DNA of 64,000 nucleotides from the NCBI GenBank assembly GCA_027078545.1, contig JALWXN010000004.1, positions 224,001 to 288,000 on the forward strand, in the 5' to 3' direction. The notes beneath the pieces are model-generated. The model was given only the letters and a program-made list of their open reading frames with translations, was not told the DNA's origin and searched no databases. This document shows, one piece after another, positions 18,060-26,541 of the stretch. The DNA comes from Nitrososphaeria archaeon. GTDB taxonomy: Archaea > Thermoproteota > Nitrososphaeria > Geothermarchaeales > JDFR-13. Made by a program: the position numbers and the translations under genes. The stretch's first letter is position 1; the number at the start of each line of letters is the position of its first letter.

Positions 18060-19483
18060 GCACGGTAAAGACATTCTTCAGGAAGGTTGGCTCCGTACTT
18101 CCTGAGATTAAGAAGCCTGAGAAGAAGCTCTCCCTGAGAACTAGGATCCTATGGTCGGTACTGATCCTGGTCCTATACTTCATCATGGGTGGTATACCCC
18201 TATATGGTGTTACAAGCTCTCCCAACGACCCCTTCGCAGCCTTTAGAATAATCTTCGCCGCTACCACTGGTACCCTGCTGGAGCTAGGTATAGGGCCAAT
18301 AGTCACGGCAGGCCTGATTATGCAGCTTCTGAAGGGTGCCGAGATAATCAAGTTTGACTTTACAGATCCTGAGGAGAGGGCTATATTCACGGCTGCTACC
18401 AAGTTCCTGACAATCATCGTGACTATTGTGCAGGCTTCCGCCCTCGTCATGAGTAACTATCTCCGCTTTGTATCGACGAGTGTTAGTATAGTTATAATCA
18501 CGTATCTCCAGCTGGTGATAGCCACGATCTTCGTCATGCTTATGGACGAGGCTGTGCAGAAGGGGTGGGGTATCGGGAGTGGTATAAGCCTGTTCATAGC
18601 GGCTGGCGTCGCCAAGACGATCTTCGTAAATCTGTTTAGCCCAATTGTGATAAACTTCGGAGACTTCTCGGAGCCCCTGGGCCTGGTTCCACTCATTATA
18701 CAGAAGGCCTTCGAGGGGGACTTCACCCGTGTATGGGTGAGGGAGGGTAACTACCCCAGTATGCTGAGCTTCCTCATGACCATAGCCGTTATAATTATTA
18801 TCCTCTATGCGGAGGGTGTGAGGATAGAGCTCCCAATATCCCATGCTAGGTTCAGGGGTATTAGGAGTGTGTATCCAGTGAAGCTCCTATATGTCTCTAA
18901 CATCCCGATAATCCTGGCGTCCACACTCATCGCGGATCTCAATATATTGGCGAATGTGATATGGAACAACCTGAATCCGGATGGGACCGATCCGCTCCTA
19001 AACATGATTGTATATTTCGAGACGGGGGAGAATGGTACCCAGGTGTTGAAGGGTGGGATACTCTACTACTTGATCGGCCCCACAGATATTTTCCAGGCTA
19101 TTGAGGACCCGATTAGAACCGTTGTATTCATCATATCCATGACCATAATGGCTGTGATCTTCGCCTATCTCTGGGTAGAGGTCGGTGGCCTCTCATCCGC
19201 CAGTGTGTCCCAGCAGTTGATCGACAGTGGTATGCAGGTACCCGGCTTCAGGAGAAGGGCATACAGCGTAAACCTTATACTAAGCAAGTATATCCCGACC
19301 GTGACGCTTATAGGCGGGCTTTTCGTAGGTATAATAGCGTCGGTCTCACAGATACTGGGCGTCTTCGGGGGAGGCATGGGTATCCTACTCATGATCGATA
19401 TTATGATGAACCTCTACCAGGCCCTCCTAAGGGAGCAGCTGGAGGAGTACTACCCAGCGATCACGAGGCTGATAAAGATCTAG
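18056..19483 (+). CDS. secY: Preprotein translocase SecY/Sec61-alpha
   Basis: ELGIGPIVTAGLIMQLL, KGWGIGSGISLFIA, YVSNIPIIL and VPGFR; about 10 TM helices. Confidence 0.97.
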   Translation: MSTVKTFFRKVGSVLPEIKKPEKKLSLRTRILWSVLILVLYFIMGGIPLYGVTSSPNDPFAAFRIIFAATTGTLLELGIGPIVTAGLIMQLLKGAEIIKFDFTDPEERAIFTAATKFLTIIVTIVQASALVMSNYLRFVSTSVSIVIITYLQLVIATIFVMLMDEAVQKGWGIGSGISLFIAAGVAKTIFVNLFSPIVINFGDFSEPLGLVPLIIQKAFEGDFTRVWVREGNYPSMLSFLMTIAVIIIILYAEGVRIELPISHARFRGIRSVYPVKLLYVSNIPIILASTLIADLNILANVIWNNLNPDGTDPLLNMIVYFETGENGTQVLKGGILYYLIGPTDIFQAIEDPIRTVVFIISMTIMAVIFAYLWVEVGGLSSASVSQQLIDSGMQVPGFRRRAYSVNLILSKYIPTVTLIGGLFVGIIASVSQILGVFGGGMGILLMIDIMMNLYQALLREQLEEYYPAITRLIKI

Positions 19484-19494
19484 GGGTGGTTAGG

Positions 19495-20091
19495 ATGGGG
19501 ATAGCGATCATCGTGGGTGTGCCCGGGGTGGGGAAGACCACGGTGCTTAACGGCGCTGTGAAACGTCTCAGCGAGAAGTATAACATAAAGCTGGTGAACT
19601 ATGGGGATGTGATGCTGGAGATAGCCAGGGCGGAGGGGCTGGTCAATAATAGGGATGAGATGAGGCTTCTCTCTATCGAGGATCAGTTGAGGCTTCAGCG
19701 AGAGGCGGCGGCGAAGATCAGTGGGGATGCTAAGAAGGTGGACCTCCTGATACTTGATACCCATCTCTTCATAAAGACTCCTAGGGGCAGGTGGCCGGGG
19801 CTGAGTGAGAACAACCTCCCATATCTAGAGGGTGTTAAGCAGCTCATCCTTGTGGAGGCCGATCCGAGGGACATAGTTAGTAGGAGGGAGAGGGATAGGT
19901 CTAGACGCCGATCCGACTATGGAGGGGCGGAGGAGGTTGCGGAGGATCAGATGTATAATAGGTTGATGGCGGCGAACATCTCGATAAGATATGGCTGTCC
20001 AGTATATATCCTCAGGAATGAGGAGGGGGCTGTTGAGTCGGCTATCGAGGAGCTGTATCAACTCCTTGGCTCCGTGGTTTCTGAGGGGTGA
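19495..20091 (+). CDS. adkA: Archaeal adenylate kinase
   Basis: GVPGVGKTT, NYGDVM, RDEMR and LDTH..IKTP.G..PG. Confidence 0.95.
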   Translation: MGIAIIVGVPGVGKTTVLNGAVKRLSEKYNIKLVNYGDVMLEIARAEGLVNNRDEMRLLSIEDQLRLQREAAAKISGDAKKVDLLILDTHLFIKTPRGRWPGLSENNLPYLEGVKQLILVEADPRDIVSRRERDRSRRRSDYGGAEEVAEDQMYNRLMAANISIRYGCPVYILRNEEGAVESAIEELYQLLGSVVSEG

Positions 20092-20100
20092 CCCCGTGAA

Positions 20101-20550
20101 ATGTCTCCGGAGCTGGTGGCTATAGGGGTTATAACCGTCTTCGCAGTCATCACGAATATACTCAACACCCTCGTTACCATTAGGTTCGTATATACCCCTG
20201 ATTTCATAGAGAAGAGGAGGCAGGTCCAGAAGGTGAGGGAGGAGTATAGGAAGGCTCTGATGTCTAAGGATGAGAAGCAGATAAAGAAGTTGGAGCAGAG
20301 GATCAATGCCATCAAGAAGATCGAGTCTGAGCTGACTATGAAGACCTTCAGGATCATGCCCCTCTCACTTGGGATATTCTACATATTCTGGTGGCTCATG
20401 AGTGGATGGTACTCTGAGCTGGGGAACTTTGTCTATCTCCCCTATATACTGCCCTTCGTGGGCACTAATATGAACTTCCTCTCATGGTATATCTTCGCAT
20501 CTATAGTCTTCGGCGCCCTATTTAGACGCCTATTCTACCCTAAGATGTGA
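20101..20550 (+). CDS. DUF106 / EMC3-TMCO1 (Oxa1-superfamily) membrane protein
   Basis: TM-coiled coil-TM-TM layout ending FLSWYIF; conserved position after adk. Confidence 0.85.
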   Translation: MSPELVAIGVITVFAVITNILNTLVTIRFVYTPDFIEKRRQVQKVREEYRKALMSKDEKQIKKLEQRINAIKKIESELTMKTFRIMPLSLGIFYIFWWLMSGWYSELGNFVYLPYILPFVGTNMNFLSWYIFASIVFGALFRRLFYPKM

Positions 20551-20578
20551 ATATTTGTCTAGGCGGCGTGATGTGGGG

Positions 20579-21133
20579 ATGGGGGATATAATAATAACGA
20601 TATCCGGCTTCCATGGTGTGGGTAAGTCGACCCTCGCACGATACATATCCGAGAAGTATGGGTTGTGGAGGGTCTCCTCGGGGGAGATTTTTAGGAGGCT
20701 GGCTAGGGAGAAGGGATATACCCTGGAGGAGTTCTCCAGGATCGCTGAGAAGGAGGAGTGGGTGGATAGGCTGATCGACAATACCGTGGTGGAGGAGTGT
20801 AGGAGGGGTGGGTGTGTAGCGGATGGCCTATTGACCGGCTTCTTCCTCAGGGATGTTGCTAGTCTAAAGATATGGCTGAAATGCCCCCTGGAGATAAGGG
20901 TTAGGAGGATCGCGGAGAGGGAGGGTAGGCCTATAGAGGAGGTTTATAGGGAGACTCTTGCTAGGGAGGAGAGTGAGGTAAAGAGGTTTAGGGAGATGTA
21001 TGGGATAGATGTGACGGATCTATCGATATACGACCTTGTGATAGATACCTCTAGAATATCCCTGGAGGGGCTCTATAGGATTGTAGACGCAGCGTTGATG
21101 GATATCCTTGATAGGGTGGGCCGTGATGGGTAG
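20579..21133 (+). CDS. cmk: Cytidylate kinase (archaeal type)
   Basis: ITISGFHGVGKST, SSGEIFR, RIAERE and YGID..DLSIYDLVIDT. Confidence 0.95.
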   Translation: MGDIIITISGFHGVGKSTLARYISEKYGLWRVSSGEIFRRLAREKGYTLEEFSRIAEKEEWVDRLIDNTVVEECRRGGCVADGLLTGFFLRDVASLKIWLKCPLEIRVRRIAEREGRPIEEVYRETLAREESEVKRFREMYGIDVTDLSIYDLVIDTSRISLEGLYRIVDAALMDILDRVGRDG

Positions 21134-22133
21134 CCTGGACGAGGCCTTTAGATGGATGGGTCTGAGGGAGGGTTTCAGGGTTATTGATGAGGATGTTGAT
21201 CTAGGTGCTGGTATACATCCCTTGGAGAGGAGTGGTAGGGAATATATCTCCAAGGGTGTTGTAAATCTGGATAAGCCTAGGGGGCCCACTAGTCACCAGG
21301 TAGCTACCTGGGTACGTAGGTTATTGGAGGTTGATAAGACTGGTCATGGGGGGACCCTAGACCCAGCCGTGTCGGGTGTTCTCCCCATAGGTATTGAGAA
21401 GGCGACGCCTGCGATCAGGTATGTTGTGGGTTCGGCGAAGGAGTATGTAGGGATTATTAAGCTTCATGGCGATGTGGATGATGAGGAGCTGGACCGTGTT
21501 CTTAGGATGTTTAGGAGGGGTAGGATATACCAGAAGCCGCCCTTTAGGAGCTCTGTGAGGAGGAAGCTCCGCACTAGGGAGATCTATAGCTTCGAGGTTT
21601 TGGAGAGGGAGGGTAGGGATCTACTGTTCAGGATAAGGTGTGAGTCTGGCTTCTATGTTAGGAAGCTGGCGCATGACATTGGGCTTATCCTTGGTGTTGG
21701 TGCCCATCTAGATGAGCTTAGACGTACCGCTGCGGGCCCGTTCGACGAGTCGACTATCGTAAGTTTCTATGAGCTCTACGCTGCTTACAAGCTTTTTAGA
21801 GAGGGTGTTGAGAAGGCTGTTAAGAAGACTATTCTCCCCTACGAGTACATCTTCAGGGACTATCCCAAGATAGTTGTTAAGGACTCCGCGGTGGCGTCTA
21901 TAGCCTATGGTGCTCAGCTCAAGAGGCCGGGGATATACGCTGTATCGGGGAGTTTTAAGGCGGGTGATATAGTCGCCCTATTCACCAAGAAGAGCGAGTT
22001 GGTGGCTACTATTAGGGCGTTGGTATCGCTGGATGAGTTGTTGGGGATGGAGCGTGGACAGGTGGGTGAGACGGAGAGGGTCTTCATAGAGCGTGACCTA
22101 TACCCGAAGATGTGGATAAGGAGGGAGGGCTAG
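21126..22133 (+). CDS. cbf5: H/ACA pseudouridine synthase Cbf5 (uninterrupted)
   Basis: LDKPRGPTSH, GHGGTLDP (catalytic Asp), GFYVRKL and a C-terminal PUA domain ending YPKMW. Confidence 0.96.
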   Translation: MGSLDEAFRWMGLREGFRVIDEDVDLGAGIHPLERSGREYISKGVVNLDKPRGPTSHQVATWVRRLLEVDKTGHGGTLDPAVSGVLPIGIEKATPAIRYVVGSAKEYVGIIKLHGDVDDEELDRVLRMFRRGRIYQKPPFRSSVRRKLRTREIYSFEVLEREGRDLLFRIRCESGFYVRKLAHDIGLILGVGAHLDELRRTAAGPFDESTIVSFYELYAAYKLFREGVEKAVKKTILPYEYIFRDYPKIVVKDSAVASIAYGAQLKRPGIYAVSGSFKAGDIVALFTKKSELVATIRALVSLDELLGMERGQVGETERVFIERDLYPKMWIRREG

Positions 22134-22195
22134 AGAGCTGGTTAGAGAGGGTTAATCATTATTAGGGGCCGGCCTCCATACTGATTTTTAGCTGG

Positions 22196-22308
22196 GCCGG
22201 GATGCCCGAGTGGACCAAGGGGTCGCCGCATCGGCCTAGGCCTGGAGATGCTCGGGATAGCCGATGGGGCTCTGCCCCGCGTGGGTTCGAATCCCACTCC
22301 CGGCGCCA
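22196..22308 (+). tRNA. tRNA-Ser(GGA) with two introns: 14 nt at 29/30 (22226-22239) and 11 nt at 37/38 (22248-22258)
   Basis: Long variable arm GGGGC-TCT-GCCCC and G73. Spliced anticodon arm TCGGC-CT GGA GA-GCCGA. Intron 1 helix GGGT/GCCT with bulges CGC and AGG. Confidence 0.87.
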
Positions 22309-23160
22309 CTACCCTAATATCTCCCTAGCCATCCTGGTGAATCCATCTATATAGGTCTCGGGCCTCCCCACATCTACCCTGTCCTCACTATCTATCTCTA
22401 TCGCTATTCCCCTGGTCCATTCCCTGATCATGTCTCTTATGGGGTCTACCAATTCCCACTTTGTCCCTTCCTCCTCGTATCTCGCCATGTAGCGGAATAA
22501 TTCTCTAGGGACTCTGTATATAGCTATTACCGCCAGGTTGGATGGGGGGTTTCGAGGTTTCTCAACTATATCGCTGATCAGGTATATCCCAGTATCTATC
22601 TCCTCCCCAGTGATTACCCCGTAGTGCCTGGGATCCTCAACCTTCTCAACATATGTTGATATTGGGGCTTGGTTCTCAATGGCCTTATTTATAAGCCTAG
22701 AGACATAGTTCTCCCCCTCTCGATCCAGTATGTAGTCGTCCCCAGTATGTATGATGAAGTCTCCATCAACGTATTCCCTGGCTAGGTATACTGCTGGGCC
22801 GAATCCCCTCGGAGTTTCTTGGTATGCGGTCACAATATCCATCTCGTCCAGCATCCTATGGAGATCCTCGAGTATATCCGCCTCTCCAGTCTTCCCCTCT
22901 CGATATAGGGTCTCTAGTAGATCCTCGTCCCTGGATAGGTATCTCTCTATAGCGGTCTTTTTGGGGGAGGATATTATAACCAGGTGTCTGATACCGGCCC
23001 CGTAGAGCTTGGACAGGACTGCATGTATAACGGGTATAACGGCTGTCCTGCCCCTGTATCTCACCGGTAGTGGGAGGAGTTCCTTTGGGACGGCCTTTGT
23101 TATCGGGGTCATCCTGGTACCTATACCTGCTATGGGGAGGACCGCGGTCTCCACATTCAT
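22309..23160 (-). CDS. Sugar-1-phosphate nucleotidyltransferase (GalU/RmlA family)
   Basis: AVLPIAGIGTRM.PITKAVPKELLP, Q..PRGFG.AV, IVEKP and RVDVG.P. The start is ATG 23160; the longer ORF runs into tRNA-Thr. Confidence 0.9.
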   Translation of the reverse strand: MNVETAVLPIAGIGTRMTPITKAVPKELLPLPVRYRGRTAVIPVIHAVLSKLYGAGIRHLVIISSPKKTAIERYLSRDEDLLETLYREGKTGEADILEDLHRMLDEMDIVTAYQETPRGFGPAVYLAREYVDGDFIIHTGDDYILDREGENYVSRLINKAIENQAPISTYVEKVEDPRHYGVITGEEIDTGIYLISDIVEKPRNPPSNLAVIAIYRVPRELFRYMARYEEEGTKWELVDPIRDMIREWTRGIAIEIDSEDRVDVGRPETYIDGFTRMAREILG

Positions 23161-23214
23161 CTCACATCTCCAATGAATTGGGCGCTGATCTGAAAAAATA
23201 CTTGGCGTATTTCT

Positions 23215-23289
23215 TGGAGCCCCGGGCGGGATTTGAACCCGCGTCCTCCGGCTTACCAAGCCGGCGCTCTACCACTAAGCTACCGGGGC
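23215..23289 (-). tRNA. tRNA-Thr(GGT), intronless
   Basis: Reverse complement reads GCCCCGG...CCGGC-TT GGT AA-GCCGG...CCGGGGCTCCA. Confidence 0.97.
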
Positions 23290-23339
23290 ATGCGCTAGAA
23301 TATTTTATCCCCAGAATCTTTTTATTGGTTTTGCTATAT

Positions 23340-23807
23340 TCATAGGTTTCTAACCGTTCTCCACAGCTTGTCCCCCTTGTAATGGAGGTTCTTCACTATC
23401 TTTCCCTTCTCACCGATGTCGGATTGGTTGAGTAGGGCCTGGCCGATGGCTATGGGTGTCCCCTGGAATTTTATGAGGACTAGCCTATCCTTCACCAGGT
23501 TCTCGTGGCTAGTGATGCCGGGGGCCATGAGGTCAGCCCCTCTAAGGACTGCCTCGGCGGCGCCTCTATCAACCTCTACCCAGCCCTCTATATCTACGCA
23601 GCCTATGGTCTCTAGGAAGGGGTATAGCAGCCTATCCCTCTGTATAACGACTAGTCTACACTCGTCTTCAAATATGTAGATCTTGTTGTCGTCTATGCTT
23701 GTTGTGAAACCCCTCCTAAACTCTGTCTTGGGCTTGGCCCCGGCCATTGTGAGGAATGTGAGGATCTTCTCCATCTTCTTATGGCTGAGTGGCTGGATCG
23801 TCGGCAT
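23340..23807 (-). CDS. PUA-domain RNA-binding protein (Tma20/MCT-1-like)
   Basis: VEVDRGAAEAVLRGADLMAPGI and KGKIVKNLHYKGDKLW. Confidence 0.9.
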   Translation of the reverse strand: MPTIQPLSHKKMEKILTFLTMAGAKPKTEFRRGFTTSIDDNKIYIFEDECRLVVIQRDRLLYPFLETIGCVDIEGWVEVDRGAAEAVLRGADLMAPGITSHENLVKDRLVLIKFQGTPIAIGQALLNQSDIGEKGKIVKNLHYKGDKLWRTVRNL

Positions 23808-23840
23808 CGCTACATGTCCACCAGTTCCTTGTAGATATTA

Positions 23841-23929
23841 TGGTGGGGCCGGTGGGATTTGAACCCACGACACCCCGGTTTCTGTTGTTTTCTTCAGCCG
23901 GGTGCTCTCCCAGGCTGAGCTACGGCCCC
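23841..23929 (-). tRNA. tRNA-Phe(GAA) with a 12-nt intron at 37/38 (23880-23891)
   Basis: CCCGG-CT GAA G[AAAACAACAGAA]A-CCGGG; CCA encoded. Confidence 0.93.
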
Positions 23930-24048
23930 TCTAGTCAAAATTAGTCTTACACACCCCTTAAAATAGTTATGTCGCGGTGTACCGACTATGACTGTAGCTA
24001 CTCTCCAGTAATGTTAAATAGAGGGGGTATCGAATCTCTAATTTAGTT

Positions 24049-24168
24049 GCCGCCGTAGCTCAAAGGTGGAGCGCCCGGCTCATAACTAGGATGTTATGAG
24101 CTATGACCCTATGGGGGATGATGTGGGAGACCGGGAGGTCGCGGGTTCGAATCCCGCCGGCGGCACCA
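24049..24168 (+). tRNA. Elongator tRNA-Met(CAT) with a 45-nt intron at 37/38 (24085-24129)
   Basis: GCCGCCG acceptor stem (elongator type). CCCGG-CT CAT A[intron]A-CCGGG. BHB helix CTCA/TGGG with bulges TAA and AGA. Confidence 0.93.
24093..24124 (+). ncRNA. Candidate intron-encoded C/D-type methylation guide for C34 of tRNA-Met
   Basis: GTTATGAGC is antisense to GCTCATAAC. It is followed by T, D'-like ATGA, a CCC-TATG-GGG stem and C'-like ATGATGT. The N+5 position pairs with C34. Confidence 0.6.
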
Positions 24169-24282
24169 GAGAATTATTCCTCCTATATTTCCTGTATGCC
24201 TCTGAGGGCTCAGGGATAAGTAGATCCCTTAGTGGTCAGGCATAGTAGTGGCTTCTCAATTATGTTGTGGCTGGTAGGATTC

Positions 24283-24356
24283 TGGTGGACCCGGGGGGAT
24301 TTGAACCCCCGCCACCCGCGTGCGAGGCGGGCGTTCTACCATTAAACTACGGGCCC
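24283..24356 (-). tRNA. tRNA-Ala(CGC), intronless
   Basis: GGGCCCG/CGGGTCC acceptor stem with G3-U70; CCCGC-CT CGC AC-GCGGG. Confidence 0.96.
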
Positions 24357-24490
24357 TTCAAAGATGTTTCTCTCTCCTCCCTACCTATAAAGTATACATT
24401 GTCTAGATGGCGTTTCCATCTATCTATGGTTTCTTATTTTATTAAGTGCTGCTGAGGTGTCTAAGTATTAGTGTCAAGGGTGTTGGTAAG

Positions 24491-24958
24491 ATGGTTAGTG
24501 TTAAGGACGTCCCATACGACGTTCTTATAGACAGGTTGGCCAAGTATATCAAGGAGAATGTTGAGGAGGTCTCTCCTCCGGAGTGGGCCCTGTATGTGAA
24601 GACTGGGCCTTCTAGGCAACGCCCACCTGATAACCCGGACTGGTGGTATGTGAGGGCTGCATCCATGCTGAGGAAGATCTATCTCTATGGCCCTCTAAGC
24701 ATCAATGATCTTAGGAGGATGTATGGTGGTAGGAAGGATAGGGGCGTCAAGCCTGAGCATTTCTACCCCGCCGGAGGAGCTATAATAAGGAATATCCTGA
24801 AGCAGTTGGAGGCGGCGGGGCTGGTTAGTAAGACGAAGGAGGGGAGGGTGCTTACTCCCAAGGGGAGGTCTCTTCTAGACAAGCTCTCCGCCGAGATCAG
24901 TAGGGAGCTTGGGTTGAAGAAGTGGTATGAGCTCTACTCGCTCGACGAGGGTGAGTAG
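24491..24958 (+). CDS. rps19e: Ribosomal protein eS19
   Basis: PPEWALYVKTG, DWWYVRAASMLRK, YGGRK.RG and GRSLLD. Confidence 0.97.
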   Translation: MVSVKDVPYDVLIDRLAKYIKENVEEVSPPEWALYVKTGPSRQRPPDNPDWWYVRAASMLRKIYLYGPLSINDLRRMYGGRKDRGVKPEHFYPAGGAIIRNILKQLEAAGLVSKTKEGRVLTPKGRSLLDKLSAEISRELGLKKWYELYSLDEGE

Positions 24959-24959
24959 T

Positions 24960-25238
24960 ATGCAGGAGCCTGTTAAGAGTGATGATGAGGCTAAGCGTAG
25001 GGAGGAGGCGTTGAAGGAGGCTGTCCTACGAAGATTCCTGGAGCCTAAGGCTAGGGAGAGGCTGAGTAATCTCAGACTGGTTAATCCGGATCTGGTGGTG
25101 GAGATCCGAGAATTTATTTATAACCTGGCTGTCTCAGGTAGATTGAAGAAGCCCCTCTCAGATGAGGAGCTTAAATCTCTGCTCCATAAGATCCAGAGTA
25201 GCCGTAGGCGGGAGTATAGGTTTAGGGGGTTGTGGTGA
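24960..25238 (+). CDS. PDCD5-family DNA-binding protein
   Basis: [19 protein letters not shown] and DEELKSLL; conserved position after eS19. Confidence 0.92.
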   Translation: MQEPVKSDDEAKRREEALKEAVLRRFLEPKARERLSNLRLVNPDLVVEIREFIYNLAVSGRLKKPLSDEELKSLLHKIQSSRRREYRFRGLW

Positions 25239-25239
25239 G

Positions 25240-25419
25240 ATGGCGAGGTATAAGGATCCGGCGTTTAAGAATAGGCTGGCTAAAGCCTACAAGAGTAATA
25301 GGGCCCCACCAGTCTGGGTAATTGCTAGGACTAATGGAAGGGTTAGGACCAATCCTAAGAGGCGGCACTGGAGGAGGAATAAGCTCAAGCTTAGGACTAA
25401 GGAGGGTTTCTTCGACTGA
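25240..25419 (+). CDS. rpl39e: Ribosomal protein eL39
   Basis: MARYK...K.RLAKA.K.N..PPVWV..RT...RRHWRR.KLK. Confidence 0.95.
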   Translation: MARYKDPAFKNRLAKAYKSNRAPPVWVIARTNGRVRTNPKRRHWRRNKLKLRTKEGFFD

Positions 25420-25430
25420 GGTGATAGGCC

Positions 25431-25838
25431 ATGTCGGAGGAGGAGAGGATGGATAAGGCTGAGGAGCCTGGCGAGGCTGTTGAGGAGGTTGTGGAGGCTG
25501 AGGCCAAGGAGCTGGAGGAGAGTGTCGAGCTGGGTAGGGATATCATACCTGAGGATGTGACGATACGCTTGGAGAGGGTGTATATCGTTCCGCTGTGGCG
25601 GTCATGGGTAAGGAAGAGGGGGATTAGGAGGGCGAAGAAGGCTGTAAACTATCTACGTAGATTCGTCTCTAGGCATATGAAGACGCCTGATGTGAAGATC
25701 TCTGAGGAGGTTAATAGATATATCTGGAGGAACGGTATTAGGAACCCGCCTAGACGTATAAAGGTGAGGGTCCTCCTCGGGGATGACCAGGTGGCCTATG
25801 TCTTCCTAGAGAAGGGTGGCAATGAGGTAGATGCTTAG
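25431..25838 (+). CDS. rpl31e: Ribosomal protein eL31 with acidic N-terminal extension
   Basis: ERVYIVPL, RAKKAV..LRRFVSRHMK and IWRNGIRNPPRRIKV. Confidence 0.94.
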   Translation: MSEEERMDKAEEPGEAVEEVVEAEAKELEESVELGRDIIPEDVTIRLERVYIVPLWRSWVRKRGIRRAKKAVNYLRRFVSRHMKTPDVKISEEVNRYIWRNGIRNPPRRIKVRVLLGDDQVAYVFLEKGGNEVDA

Positions 25839-26541
25839 GCTGAAAGTCTTCGGCTCCCCCAATATAGGCCTCTATCTAGCGGCTACTAACAGGTATTTCC
25901 TCTACCACTCCCAGATCCCTAGACATAAGGTGGAGATGATCTCCAAGGAGTTGGATGTCGAGGGTATTCAGATACCCCTGATCGATACCGTGATAACCTC
26001 GCCCTTCCTGGTATGTAACAGTAATGGTGTCGTTGTGCCAGACCTGTTTGAAGAGTATGCGTATAGGGCGCTTAGGGAGGCTTTGGAGGCTAGGGGTGTC
26101 TCCCTAGGGGTTGTTGATCATAAGTATAATGCTCTTGGCAACACGATAGTGGCCAATGATAAGGGGGCTGTAGTCTCGCCAGTTATTCCTCTCCATATAA
26201 AGAGGCTGATAAGTGATGTCTTGGACGTGGAGGTATCCACCTCTACTGTGGGGAGGTTCAGCTATACAGGCTCCCTAGTCGTGGTTAACAATAGGGCTGG
26301 CCTGGTGGCCCCAGTAATCCATGAGGATGAGAAGCTCCTCATGGAGGATGTGCTTGGTGTTAAGCTCTACGAGGGGACTGTCAACGGTGGTGTGGAGTTT
26401 ATTAAACTAGGCCTTGTTGTTAATGATTATGGCGTGCTTGTGGGCGACTCGTCACAGGGTCCAGAGCTGATGAATATCTCCACAATATTCGAGGGTGTAG
26501 AGTATGTCCCTGGAGGAGAGGATATCGAGTCTAATCGTTGA
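25831..26541 (+). CDS. eif6: Translation initiation / anti-association factor aIF6
   Basis: GSPNIGLY, NALGN.IVAND.GA, GTVNGG and VVNDYG. Confidence 0.95.
   Translation: MLRLKVFGSPNIGLYLAATNRYFLYHSQIPRHKVEMISKELDVEGIQIPLIDTVITSPFLVCNSNGVVVPDLFEEYAYRALREALEARGVSLGVVDHKYNALGNTIVANDKGAVVSPVIPLHIKRLISDVLDVEVSTSTVGRFSYTGSLVVVNNRAGLVAPVIHEDEKLLMEDVLGVKLYEGTVNGGVEFIKLGLVVNDYGVLVGDSSQGPELMNISTIFEGVEYVPGGEDIESNR

Noticed and set aside
21126-22133. Possible BHB intron in cbf5, as found in many Crenarchaeota
   Set aside because: The ORF is continuous and the GHGGTLDP catalytic region is uninterrupted.
23161-23259. N-terminal 33 aa of the 316-aa nucleotidyltransferase ORF
   Set aside because: It overlaps tRNA-Thr(GGT); family homology begins at Met34 (23160).
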